36,993 bases of DNA from Candidatus Methylomirabilia bacterium (GTDB taxonomy: Bacteria > Methylomirabilota > Methylomirabilia > Rokubacteriales > CSP1-6), in NCBI GenBank assembly GCA_041492755.1, contig JBGPXN010000030.1:1-36993 (forward strand), read 5' to 3'. The stretch's first letter is position 1; the number at the start of each line of letters is the position of its first letter. A program made the position numbers and the translations under genes. The notes under the pieces were generated by a model. That model was given only the letters and a program-made list of their open reading frames with translations. It searched no databases and was not told the DNA's origin. Positions 17,563 to 25,936 of the stretch are shown one piece after another.

Positions 17563-18384
17563 ATGGACGGCCGATCGGCGTGGCCCATCTTCCTCGTGTA
17601 TCTGCTCGCGTTCCTGGGAATCGTGTCGTTCACGATCACGGCCGCGGTCATCGTGCGGTCGCTCTACCCGGATCTGAGCGATCGCGAGGTCTTCGAAGGG
17701 CTGCCCGGGCTGATTGCCGGCGGACTGGCCTCGTCGTTGGCCCTCACGGTGACCTTGCTCGCCGTCCTACGCCCCTTCGACCCGGCGCGACTGCGGCTGC
17801 GCCCGGGCCGGGAGACCGGCCGCCACCTCGCCCTCGCGATCATGGGGACGCTGGCGCTCGGACAGACCCTCGACTCTCTCACCACGCTGATCGGAATCGG
17901 CGATCGCGGCTCGATGGCCACCATCCGGCGCGCGCTCGCCGGGGCCTCTGGGCCCGATCTCTTCGTCGCCGTGCTCGTCATCGGCGTGCTGGCGGCGACA
18001 GCGGAGGAAGTGTTCTTCCGGGGGTACATGCAATCGGACCTCTCGGCGCGCTGGGGAGCGCGCGGCGGGGTGGCGGCGACGGCGTCGGCGTTCGCGCTCC
18101 TGCACCTGGACTGGCTGCACGTCTTGCTGGCGCTCGCCCTGGGCCTCTACCTGGGCTTCGTCACGGAGCGCGCGGGCAGCGCGCTTCCCGCCATCGCCTG
18201 CCACGTGGTCAACAACACCCTGTTCACGGTGCTGACCGCCACCGTCGGCGCGGTGACGGACGTGCGGCCGAACGTGATCCTCGCCGCCATCGGACTCCCC
18301 GTGTTCGTCGGCAGCGTGCTGTGGCTCCACCGCACGCTACCGCCGGCCGCGCCGCCACCGCGGGCGAAGGTCGCCGCGTCGTAG
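17563..18384 (+). CDS. CPBP/Abi (CAAX protease family) membrane protein
   Basis: EEVFFRGY, FALLH and HVVNN motifs; multiple TM helices. Confidence 0.88.
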   Translation: MDGRSAWPIFLVYLLAFLGIVSFTITAAVIVRSLYPDLSDREVFEGLPGLIAGGLASSLALTVTLLAVLRPFDPARLRLRPGRETGRHLALAIMGTLALGQTLDSLTTLIGIGDRGSMATIRRALAGASGPDLFVAVLVIGVLAATAEEVFFRGYMQSDLSARWGARGGVAATASAFALLHLDWLHVLLALALGLYLGFVTERAGSALPAIACHVVNNTLFTVLTATVGAVTDVRPNVILAAIGLPVFVGSVLWLHRTLPPAAPPPRAKVAAS

Positions 18385-18522
18385 CGCGCCACGACGCGGG
18401 GCTCGCGATCACGTGGCGGCGACCTTGCGGTTGCTCGGCGGCGAGGGGTAGGCTAGGCGCGCGCGCAAGGAGGCGTTCATGGCTGCGGGGTCGCGCCGGC
18501 CAAGGCGCTCCGGAGGCGATCG

Positions 18523-18882
18523 ATGCTTGAACTGACCCGGCGGTACGTCGTCATGGCCATGGCCACCGAGGCGCCGTTCGATCCCCGGCATCCCGACGAG
18601 CCGTTCGTCCTCAAGCCGTGGAAGGATCCGGCGGCGCTGCGCGCGCTGCACACGTACGCGCAATCGTGCTACCCCGAGCTGCGTGCGGAGCTCGAGACGT
18701 GGATGCGCGAGATCGAAGCCGGACCCGTCGTGCGCGGCGACGTCGGCCGTCGTAACGAGCCGTACAGCGCGGCGCCGCCGCCACGCACGAGGCGCCGGCG
18801 GGCCAAGACGCGGTCCTCCGCGGCCCCTCGGCATGCGAAACCCCGGCGGGGAGCCGCCAAGCCCAAGAAGCGTCGCCGGTGA
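18523..18882 (+). CDS. Hypothetical protein with a basic C-terminal tail
   Basis: GGAGG RBS, GC3-rich codons, GTGA coupling to the sirtuin gene. Confidence 0.75.
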   Translation: MLELTRRYVVMAMATEAPFDPRHPDEPFVLKPWKDPAALRALHTYAQSCYPELRAELETWMREIEAGPVVRGDVGRRNEPYSAAPPPRTRRRRAKTRSSAAPRHAKPRRGAAKPKKRRR

Positions 18883-19658
18883 CCGAGCCCGCCGCCCGGC
18901 TGGCCGGGCTGTTCGCAGGCGCGCGCCAGCCCGTCGTGTTCACCGGCGCCGGCGTCAGCACCGAGTCCGGCATCCCGGATTTCCGCAGTCCCGGTGGCGT
19001 GTGGGACCGTTACGAGCCGAGCGAGCTGACCTACGCGAACTTCATGGGGAGCGCGCGCGGTCGCCGGAGGTACTGGCAGGTCGGCCGCGAAGTCTATCCG
19101 GTCATCCGGTCCGCCAAGCCGAATGCCGCGCACGCGGCGATCGCCGAGCTCTTCCAGCGCGGCCGCCTGGACTGCTGCATCACGCAGAACGTCGACGACC
19201 TGCATCAGCGGGCCGGGTTGCCAGCCGACCGGGTGATCGAGCTGCACGGAAACGCGACGCGGGCGCGCTGCCTGGCCTGTGGCACCCCGTACTCGCGCGA
19301 CGAAGTCCACGCATGGCTGGGCGACGGTCTCGACGTTCCCACGTGTCCGGCCTGCGGGGGCGTGGTGAAGCCGACGACCGTGCTGTTCGGCGAGCCGATG
19401 CCGCGCCGGGCCACCGAAGAAGCCGAGCGCCGCGCCCGCGCGTGCGATCTCTTCGTGGTGGTGGGCTCCTCGCTCGTGGTCTACCCGGCCGCCTACATGC
19501 CGCGGCACGCCAAGGACGCGGGCGCCACCCTCGTCATCGTGAACCTCACGCCGACGCCGTGCGATCGGCAGGCCGATCTCGTGATTCGCGCCAAGGCGAG
19601 CGACGTCATGGCCGCCGTCGTGCGCGATCTCGATACCGCGTTGCTCCGGAGAGACTGA
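18879..19658 (+). CDS. cobB: NAD-dependent protein deacylase (Sir2/CobB family)
   Basis: GAGVSTESGIPDFRS, TQNVDDLH, ELHG, two CxxC motifs and GSSLVVYPAA. Confidence 0.9.
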   Translation: MTEPAARLAGLFAGARQPVVFTGAGVSTESGIPDFRSPGGVWDRYEPSELTYANFMGSARGRRRYWQVGREVYPVIRSAKPNAAHAAIAELFQRGRLDCCITQNVDDLHQRAGLPADRVIELHGNATRARCLACGTPYSRDEVHAWLGDGLDVPTCPACGGVVKPTTVLFGEPMPRRATEEAERRARACDLFVVVGSSLVVYPAAYMPRHAKDAGATLVIVNLTPTPCDRQADLVIRAKASDVMAAVVRDLDTALLRRD

Positions 19659-19660
19659 CG

Positions 19661-19870
19661 ATGCCCACCGCCACCGAGCTCGTCGAGATGTTCGCCGCCG
19701 GCCGCCGGCAACCGACCCGGCGCCGGCCCCCGAGCGAGGACCACCCGCTCGCCGCCGCCGAGGCGTACGGGCTTCAAGACCGCCTGCGCGAGACGCTCGT
19801 CGCGGGCGGTGAGCGCGTCGCCGGCTGGAAGGTCGGGTTCACATCACCATCAACCTTCAAGGCGCGCTGA
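19661..19870 (+). pseudogene. N-terminal fragment of a 2-keto-4-pentenoate hydratase-like protein
   Basis: AYGLQ...GERVAGWKVGFTS followed by a premature stop after 69 aa. Confidence 0.7.
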
Positions 19871-19874
19871 GCGG

Positions 19875-20462
19875 GTGAGCGCCACGCCGACCCTCGCCGA
19901 GCTCGCGGCGCTCACCCGCCGGCGCCTGACGGGCTACCAGCGCCGCGTGGTGCCGCCCGGTTCACTCGTCCCCGCCGCCGTGCTGCTGGTGCTGGTGGAC
20001 CGCGGTGAGCCGCACGTCGTCTTCGCCAAGCGGACGGACCGCGTGGGTCACCACCAGGGACAGATCGCGTTCCCGGGCGGGGTCGTGAAGGCCGCAGACC
20101 CGTCGCCGCTCGCGGGCGCCCTGCGTGAGTGCGAGGAGGAGATCGCGCTGCCGAGGGACGCGGTCGAGCCGCTCGGCACGCTCGACGACACGGAGACGTT
20201 CGCCACGAACTTCGTCATCACGCCGTTCGTCGGCGTCGTCCGCCAGCCGGTGGCGTGGCAACCCGACGGCGAAGAAATCGAGAAGGTGATCGAGATTCCC
20301 TTCGCCGCGCTCGTGGCCGACGGAACGTTCCGCGTGGAGCACTGGGAGCGCAGTGGGGTCACGCGCCCCGTCTACTTCTACGACTACCAGGGCGAGACGG
20401 TCTGGGGCGCCACCGCGCGGATCCTCAAGCAGTACCTCGACCTGGTGACGGCGCTGGCGTGA
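19875..20462 (+). CDS. Nudix hydrolase, CoA pyrophosphatase subfamily
   Basis: AAVL, KRT..HHQGQIAFPGG, ALRECEEEI and VWGATA motifs. Confidence 0.88.
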   Translation: MSATPTLAELAALTRRRLTGYQRRVVPPGSLVPAAVLLVLVDRGEPHVVFAKRTDRVGHHQGQIAFPGGVVKAADPSPLAGALRECEEEIALPRDAVEPLGTLDDTETFATNFVITPFVGVVRQPVAWQPDGEEIEKVIEIPFAALVADGTFRVEHWERSGVTRPVYFYDYQGETVWGATARILKQYLDLVTALA

Positions 20463-20602
20463 GCCACATCCAGGACATGGAATATGGGAAGTCGCTGCGC
20501 TATCTGCGCGAGATGCTCACGCTCGTCGCGCTGTCGGACGATGCGCGCGAAGGCATCGAGGCGTTCTTCGCCAAGCGAGAGCCGAACTGGCAGGGACGCT
20601 GA
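20459..20602 (+). pseudogene. Internally deleted enoyl-CoA hydratase (start plus C-terminal helix only)
   Basis: VSHIQDMEYGKSLRYLREMLTLVALSDDAREGIEAFFAKREPNWQGR* is a crotonase C-terminus. Confidence 0.75.
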
Positions 20603-20814
20603 CCCCGGCCGGCCTCTGCGACCGCTGCCGGCACGCCCGCCCGGTGATCTCGGCGCGCGGCTCCCGCTTCCTGCGCTGCGCCCTCAGCGACACCGACCCC
20701 CGCTTCCCCAAGTATCCGCCGCTCCCCGTCCTCCGCTGCACCGGCCACAGTCCCGCGCAGGCCGACGGCGATCCTTCGACGACCGATGCAGACGAGCGAA
20801 GCGCGCTGGAATGA
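20599..20814 (+). CDS. Small 4-Cys hypothetical protein (71 aa), CTG start, absent from the ORF track
   Basis: TPAGLCDRCRHARPVISARGSRFLRCALSDTDPRFPKYPPLPVLRCTGH...; CTGA overlap with the upstream stop; GC3-rich codons. Confidence 0.7.
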   Translation: MTPAGLCDRCRHARPVISARGSRFLRCALSDTDPRFPKYPPLPVLRCTGHSPAQADGDPSTTDADERSALE

Positions 20815-20819
20815 CCGCG

Positions 20820-20928
20820 TTCGAGCGCCGGCTCCGCCGGCGCAATCCTTCCCGGGGGGGAGGCAGCGGAGCGAGCCGTCAGGCTCGCGGAGCGTCGGAA
20901 GGGGGGCGAAGCCCCCCTCCGGGTACTA
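20820..20928 (+). repeat. REP-like multi-hairpin repeat, copy B (most complete)
   Basis: Hairpins GCGCCGGC-TCC-GCCGGCGC, GCGAGCC-GTCA-GGCTCGC and GGAAGGGGGGC-GAA-GCCCCCCTCC; ends on the sppA stop. Confidence 0.8.
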
Positions 20929-21885
20929 TGGCCACCACAGGTAGAGGAAGCGCGGGCCCAGGGCGGCGAGCGCGGCGAACTGGCTCAGGGAGGCGTCGAG
21001 CCCCCCGGCCGTGGCCTCCGACTTGGCGTAGTAGGTCGCGCGGTACTCGCGCGGGCGGTGATAGACGACCACGCGCGCCTCGTCCAGCCCCGCGGCGCTG
21101 CGGGCGAGCGCGATGGCGTCGCTCATGTACCCGATACGGTCGACGAGTTTGTGCTGCAGGGCCTGGTGGGCGGTGTAGACGCGCCCGTCGGCCAGCGCGC
21201 GCGCCGTGTCGGCGGGCAGCCGGCGCCGGTCGATCAGCTTGCTCACGAATTGGCGCTGCAGGTCGTCGATGATCGATTGGAAGATCGTCCGTTCCTCGGG
21301 GGTGAGCGCGCGGAACGGGCTGCCCATGTCCTTGTGCTCGCCCGACTTGATCGTCGTCGGGCTGAGCCCGATCTTGTCGAGCAGGTCGCGGGCGTTGACG
21401 CTGATCATGATGGTGCCGATGGAGCCGGTCACCGTGGTCGGGTGCGCGACGATCGTGTCGGCGGCGAGGGCGACGTAGTAGCCGCCCGACGCCGCCACGT
21501 CCATCATGATGGCGACGACGGGAATCTTCGCCCTTCGCCGGAACTCGTCCACCTCGCGGAAGAGGATGTCGGACGCGGTCACGGTGCCGCCCGGGCTGTT
21601 GATGCGCAGCACGAGCGCGCGCACCTTGTCGTCGGCCTTGGCCTTCTTGAGCTCCTCGCGGAACCGAACGAGGAGCGGCACCCGCGGCGGCGGCGAGCCG
21701 ATGGTCAGCAGCGGTCCGACGCCCTCGTCGCTGATCACGCCCGACAGCTCCATGAGGAGGATCTTCGCGTCGCCCTTGCCCTCGACGGTCTTTTCCTCGA
21801 GCGGCCGCACGCGCGGGGTCAGGTCGATCGAGATCACGGAGCACCCCGACGCGGCGAGGGCGACCAGGAGCAGAAGCCAGCGCAT
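20926..21885 (-). CDS. sppA: Signal peptide peptidase SppA (short form), lipoprotein
   Basis: Lipobox ASGC; RINSPGG, AASGGYY, TGSIG and KSGEHKD motifs. Confidence 0.92.
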   Translation of the reverse strand: MRWLLLLVALAASGCSVISIDLTPRVRPLEEKTVEGKGDAKILLMELSGVISDEGVGPLLTIGSPPPRVPLLVRFREELKKAKADDKVRALVLRINSPGGTVTASDILFREVDEFRRRAKIPVVAIMMDVAASGGYYVALAADTIVAHPTTVTGSIGTIMISVNARDLLDKIGLSPTTIKSGEHKDMGSPFRALTPEERTIFQSIIDDLQRQFVSKLIDRRRLPADTARALADGRVYTAHQALQHKLVDRIGYMSDAIALARSAAGLDEARVVVYHRPREYRATYYAKSEATAGGLDASLSQFAALAALGPRFLYLWWP

Positions 21886-21925
21886 GCCCACGAGTATACG
21901 CGCCCGCCGGGGCCGGCCGGGTCGT

Positions 21926-22861
21926 CTAGCGGCTGTGGATGAGGGGGATGACGTCTTCGGCGAGGCGCGCGACCTGCTCGAGCAGACGGTCGGGCGGGCA
22001 CATTGGACGGGCGATGAATTTCGAGCCGCCGCCGGCCACGTATTGCTCCAGGCGCTCGGCGAGCATCTCGGGCGGACCGAACGCCGCGCAGGCGTCGAGG
22101 GTGACGTCGTCCACGCGGCCGCGCGGGATGAACGGCGCGGCGGTGGCCCTGGCCACGGCCGGGTCGCGATCGAAGCAGAAGTAGACGAGCGTGCCGAAGT
22201 GGTCGGCGGGCACCTCGCGGCCGGCTTCGTGCGCGAAGTCCTGCGTTCGGCCCACGCCTTCCCGAAACCGGTCGGGCGTGATGAAGGACGGGATCCAGCC
22301 ATCGCCGATCCGGCCGGCGCGCCGCATCGCGGCCTCGCTGTTACCGCCGATCCAGAGCGGGAACGGCTGCTGCATCGGCCTGGGCAGGACGGTGATCTTG
22401 TCGAGCTGCCAGAACTCTCCGGCGAACGTGACCTCGTCCTCGGCCCAGCAGCGCCGCATGATCTCGATCGCTTCGTCCGTCCGGCGCCCGCGCTCCTTGA
22501 ACGGCACGCCCGCGGCCTTGAACTCGCGATCCTGCTCGACGCCGATGCCGACGGCGGGCAGCATACGGCCGCCCGACAGGTAGTCGATCATCGCGAGCTC
22601 GCGGGCGAGCAGGACCGGCGTCCGGAACGGCGTGATGAGCACGCTCGGACCGAACTTCAGCCGCTCCGTGCGCGCGGCCAGCGCGGCCATCGTCGTCACC
22701 GGCTCGAGGACCGGCAGAGGAGAGGACAGACGGTCGGAGAACCACAGCGAATCCACGGCGCTCGTCTCGCACAGATCGACGAAGCGCCAGAAGAAATCGC
22801 GGCCGTTCCCGTCCGTCGGCCACGGGCCCGGCATCACCCCGACGCGATATTTCATCGACAT
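21926..22861 (-). CDS. LLM-class flavin-dependent oxidoreductase
   Basis: DSLWFSD, LARELAMIDYLSGGR, WIGGNSEAAMRRAGRIGDGW motifs. Confidence 0.9.
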   Translation of the reverse strand: MSMKYRVGVMPGPWPTDGNGRDFFWRFVDLCETSAVDSLWFSDRLSSPLPVLEPVTTMAALAARTERLKFGPSVLITPFRTPVLLARELAMIDYLSGGRMLPAVGIGVEQDREFKAAGVPFKERGRRTDEAIEIMRRCWAEDEVTFAGEFWQLDKITVLPRPMQQPFPLWIGGNSEAAMRRAGRIGDGWIPSFITPDRFREGVGRTQDFAHEAGREVPADHFGTLVYFCFDRDPAVARATAAPFIPRGRVDDVTLDACAAFGPPEMLAERLEQYVAGGGSKFIARPMCPPDRLLEQVARLAEDVIPLIHSR

Positions 22862-22901
22862 GCCGCGGATCGTACCATGCGGAGACGAGGGCTCCGCGGC
22901 A

Positions 22902-22945
22902 TTGACACCGGCGCGCGGCCGCACCTAGAATGAACGCCGGTTCAT
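22902..22945 (+). promoter_or_regulatory. Sigma70 promoter with an overlapping TetR operator
   Basis: TTGACA-N18-TAGAAT followed by the perfect palindrome ATGAAC-GCCG-GTTCAT (22930-22945). Confidence 0.8.
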
Positions 22946-22954
22946 CCACCTGCC

Positions 22955-23542
22955 ATGCGTGATCCGGGCAAGCCCCAGCAGATCATCGACGCGGCGATCC
23001 GCGTGTTCGCCCGCAACGGGTACTACAACTCCCGGGTGGCGGACATCGCGCGCGAGGCCGGCATCGCCAGCGGGACGATCTATCTCTACTTCAAGACCAA
23101 GGACGAGATCCTGATCACGCTGTTCCGCGACAAGATGGCGGAGTGGGTGGCCTTCCTGCAGGGCGAGATCGCGTCCGAATCGGACGCCGTCGAGAAGATC
23201 CGGCGGCTCGTCGCCCTGCACTTCCGCGTGCTCGAGAGCGATCCCGACCTCGCCGAAGTCGTCCAGGTGGAGCTGCGGCAGGGCCACAAGTTCTTCCGCG
23301 GCGCCTCCGCCCACGAGATCTCGTCCTACTTCGCGCTGATCGGATCGATCCTCGAGGAGGGGATGGCGGCCGGCCAGCTGCGGCGTGACCTGCCGGTGAA
23401 GATCGCGACCAAGATGCTGTTCGGCGCCATGGACCAGCTCGCCACGTCGTGGGTGCTCGGCAAGCGCGGCTATCGGCTTACCGACGCCGCCGACGCGGTT
23501 GCGACGATCTTCCTGGGAGGAGTGTCGTTTCATGCCCTATGA
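22955..23542 (+). CDS. TetR family regulator, FadR(YsiA)-like
   Basis: IIDAAIRVFA..GYY..RVADIAREAGIASGTIYLYFKTKDEILI; lies upstream of an enoyl-CoA hydratase. Confidence 0.9.
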   Translation: MRDPGKPQQIIDAAIRVFARNGYYNSRVADIAREAGIASGTIYLYFKTKDEILITLFRDKMAEWVAFLQGEIASESDAVEKIRRLVALHFRVLESDPDLAEVVQVELRQGHKFFRGASAHEISSYFALIGSILEEGMAAGQLRRDLPVKIATKMLFGAMDQLATSWVLGKRGYRLTDAADAVATIFLGGVSFHAL

Positions 23543-24305
23543 GACGCTCGCGCTGACGCGCGAGGAGAGCTTCGCGATCGTCACCCTGAACCGGCCGCCC
23601 GTGAACGCCATCAGCGACGCGCTCATGCGGGAGGTCGAGGCCGCGCTCGGGGAGGTCGAGAACGACGACGCCGTCCGTTCGGTGATCCTCACCGGCGCCG
23701 GCGACCGGATCTTCTGTGCCGGTGCCGATCTCGGCTCCGCGTTCGCGGGCGGCGACGTGGAGGCGCTCATCGAGCTGGGCCATCGCGTCCTCCGCCGGAT
23801 CGAGCGGTTCCCCAAGCCGGTCATCGCGGCCATGAATGGCCACGCGCTCGGCGGCGGGTGCGAGATGGCCATGGCGTGTCACTTCCGATTGCTGAAGGAG
23901 ACGGCGCGGATGGGGCAGACCGAGAGCAATCTCGGCATCATCCCCGGCTATGGCGGCAGCCAGCGTCTGCCGCGTCTGATCGGCCGTACCAAGGCGCTCG
24001 AGTTCCTGATCCTGGGCACCCAGGTGCCCGCCGCCGAGTGCCTGGCCCTCGGGCTCGTGAATCGCGTGTGTCGCGACGGCCAGACGCTCGACGACGCCAG
24101 GGCGCTGGCCCGGCAGATCGCCAACCGGCCGCCGATCGCCACGCGGCTGCTCATCGAAGCGGTGGACGACGGCCTCGACGCGCCGATCGACCGCGCGCTC
24201 GAGATCGAGCTGCGCGCGTTCCTCGCGAGCCTGCGCACTGAAGACGCCGCCGAAGGCATGCAGGCGTTCTTCGGAAAGCGCGAGCCGGCCTTCAAGGGCA
24301 AGTAG
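23532..24305 (+). CDS. Enoyl-CoA hydratase
   Basis: NRPPVNAI, FCAGADL, LGGGCEMA and ESNLGIIPGYGGSQRLPR motifs. Confidence 0.92.
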   Translation: MPYETLALTREESFAIVTLNRPPVNAISDALMREVEAALGEVENDDAVRSVILTGAGDRIFCAGADLGSAFAGGDVEALIELGHRVLRRIERFPKPVIAAMNGHALGGGCEMAMACHFRLLKETARMGQTESNLGIIPGYGGSQRLPRLIGRTKALEFLILGTQVPAAECLALGLVNRVCRDGQTLDDARALARQIANRPPIATRLLIEAVDDGLDAPIDRALEIELRAFLASLRTEDAAEGMQAFFGKREPAFKGK

Positions 24306-25055
24306 GTGGACCTCGGGATCCGCGATCGCGTCGCCGTCGTCACCGGAGGCGCCCGCAGTCTCGGCAAGGCCGACTGCCTGGCCCTCGCGGCGGAAGGCTG
24401 CCGCGTCGCGGTGCTCGATCTGAATCCGGAAGGCGCCGAGGAGACGGCCAAGGAGATCGCCGGGCAGGGCGAGACCGCGCGCGGCTACGGCTGCGACATT
24501 CGATCCTCGGCCGAGGTCGGCGACGCGGTGGGACGGATCGAGCGCGACCTGGGCCCGGTCGACATCTGCGTGAACAATGCGGGGATCATCTACACGGTGG
24601 CCCAGCTCAAGGACACGCGCGAGGAAGACTGGGAGCTCAACCTCGCCGTCAACCTCACCGGAACCTACCACGTGACGAAGGCCGTCTTCCCCGGCATGCG
24701 GGAGCGCCGGTGGGGCCGCATCGTCTGCATGGCGTCGATCGCCGGCCTGATGGGCGGATTCGGCCAGACCGCGTACGCGACGACGAAGATGGGCGTGATC
24801 GGCTTCGCCCGCTCGGTGGCCCTCGAGGGCGCCCGGGCCGGCGTGACCTGCAACGTGGTCGCGCCCGGCATCATGGCGCCCAACGCCGAGCTCAGTCCGC
24901 TCTACGAGCGCATGGTCAAGCGCGTGGCCATGCAGCGCGAGGGGCAGCCGGAGGACGTGGCCAACGCCATCGCGTTCCTGTGCTCGGAAAGGGCGCGCTA
25001 CATCACCGGCGCGGTGCTCACCGTGACCGGCGGAATGGATCTCTTCACGTTCTGA
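24306..25055 (+). CDS. SDR oxidoreductase (FabG-like 3-oxoacyl reductase)
   Basis: TGGARSLG, NNAGI and GQTAYATTK motifs. Confidence 0.88.
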   Translation: MDLGIRDRVAVVTGGARSLGKADCLALAAEGCRVAVLDLNPEGAEETAKEIAGQGETARGYGCDIRSSAEVGDAVGRIERDLGPVDICVNNAGIIYTVAQLKDTREEDWELNLAVNLTGTYHVTKAVFPGMRERRWGRIVCMASIAGLMGGFGQTAYATTKMGVIGFARSVALEGARAGVTCNVVAPGIMAPNAELSPLYERMVKRVAMQREGQPEDVANAIAFLCSERARYITGAVLTVTGGMDLFTF

Positions 25056-25067
25056 TTGAGGGATAGA

Positions 25068-25138
25068 CGGGTGCCACGGCTTCGCCGGGGCGCCCCGAAC
25101 GTTGGGGGATATGGGGGGCCATTTCGGGGCCCCCCATT
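25068..25138 (+). repeat. Two-hairpin REP-like element (variant)
   Basis: GGGTGCCACGGC-TTC-GCCGGGGCGCCC followed by TGGGGGGCC-ATTTCGG-GGCCCCCCA. Confidence 0.55.
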
Positions 25139-25161
25139 CAAAGACCACCAGGGAGGGCGAC

Positions 25162-25482
25162 ATGCCAACGGTGAAAGAGACCTTCGACGCGATGACGAGC
25201 CGGTTCAAGGCGGACAAGGCGGCCGGCACCAACGCCACCATCCAGTACGACATCAGCGGCGACGGCGGAGGCACCTGGCACGCCGTCATCAAGGACGGGG
25301 CCTGCGCGGTCAACCAGGGCCCGGCCGCGAGCCCGAATCTGACGCTGCAGATGTCGGCGCAGGACTGGCTGGACATGACGGCGGGCAAACAGTCGGGCCA
25401 GATGTTGTTCATGTCGGGTAAGCTGAAATTGAAGGGCGACATGGGGCTGGCCATGAAGCTGGGGTCACTGTTCTCGGTGTAG
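25162..25482 (+). CDS. SCP2 sterol/lipid-binding domain protein
   Basis: IQYDISGDGGGTW...LFMSGKLKLKGDMGLAMKL; GGGAGGG RBS. Confidence 0.9.
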   Translation: MPTVKETFDAMTSRFKADKAAGTNATIQYDISGDGGGTWHAVIKDGACAVNQGPAASPNLTLQMSAQDWLDMTAGKQSGQMLFMSGKLKLKGDMGLAMKLGSLFSV

Positions 25483-25504
25483 CCGGCCGACCGGAGCAGG
25501 GCTC

Positions 25505-25549
25505 TCGAGCGCCGGCGCCGCCGGCGCAATTCTAAAAGGGGAGGCAGCG
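25505..25549 (+). repeat. REP-like repeat, copy C, truncated at the phaC fragment
   Basis: TCGAGCGCCGGC-GCC-GCCGGCGCAAT...GGGGAGGCAGCG matches copy B, then stops. Confidence 0.75.
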
Positions 25550-25550
25550 A

Positions 25551-25739
25551 ACCCCGCTCCTCTTCGTGCCGAACCTCGGCATCAGCCGGCCGTACATCTT
25601 CGACCTCCTGCCCGGCGGTAGCTTCGTCGAGCACATGACGCGGGAAGGGTTCGACTTCTATCTGCTCGACTGGGGCGTGTTCGGTCCCGAGGACAACACG
25701 CTCTCGCTCGAGGACTGCGTCCCGAAGATCCTGCCGCGC
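25551..25739 (+). pseudogene. phaC: Internal fragment of a PHA synthase (class III/IV PhaC-like)
   Basis: TPLLFVP...SRPYIFDLLPGGSFVEHMTREGFDFYLLDWG..EDNTLSLED; both termini and the catalytic Cys box are missing. Confidence 0.75.
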
Positions 25740-25807
25740 AGCGCCACGGCGCGTCCGATTCCGCGAGAACCTCCGGTGACGAGCGCGGTTCGGCCCTGGA
25801 GTTTCAT
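25739..25807 (-). pseudogene. N-terminal fragment of an SDR, probably acetoacetyl-CoA reductase (PhaB-like)
   Basis: AAGGAGG RBS, then MKLQGRTALVTGGSRGIGRAVAL running into the antisense of the phaC fragment. Confidence 0.7.
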
Positions 25808-25936
25808 GCGAGCCCTCCTTCGACCTCGATGGGACGCTCACTGCAGCACCGCCGACGTTGTGGGGTTCGACGCACGATGTTAGACTCGGCGCGACATCAC
25901 CGGCCACGATCCCCGCGGCGGGGAGGGACGCTCGCG

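Noticed and set aside
18862..18879. PKKRRR as a nuclear localisation signal or effector feature
   Set aside because: Basic low-complexity tails are common in GC-rich bacteria, and there is no secretion evidence
18879..19658. Sir2 protein as an anti-phage NADase (Thoeris/DSR type)
   Set aside because: It has the classical Zn-binding deacylase motifs, normal length and a metabolic context, with no defence partner genes
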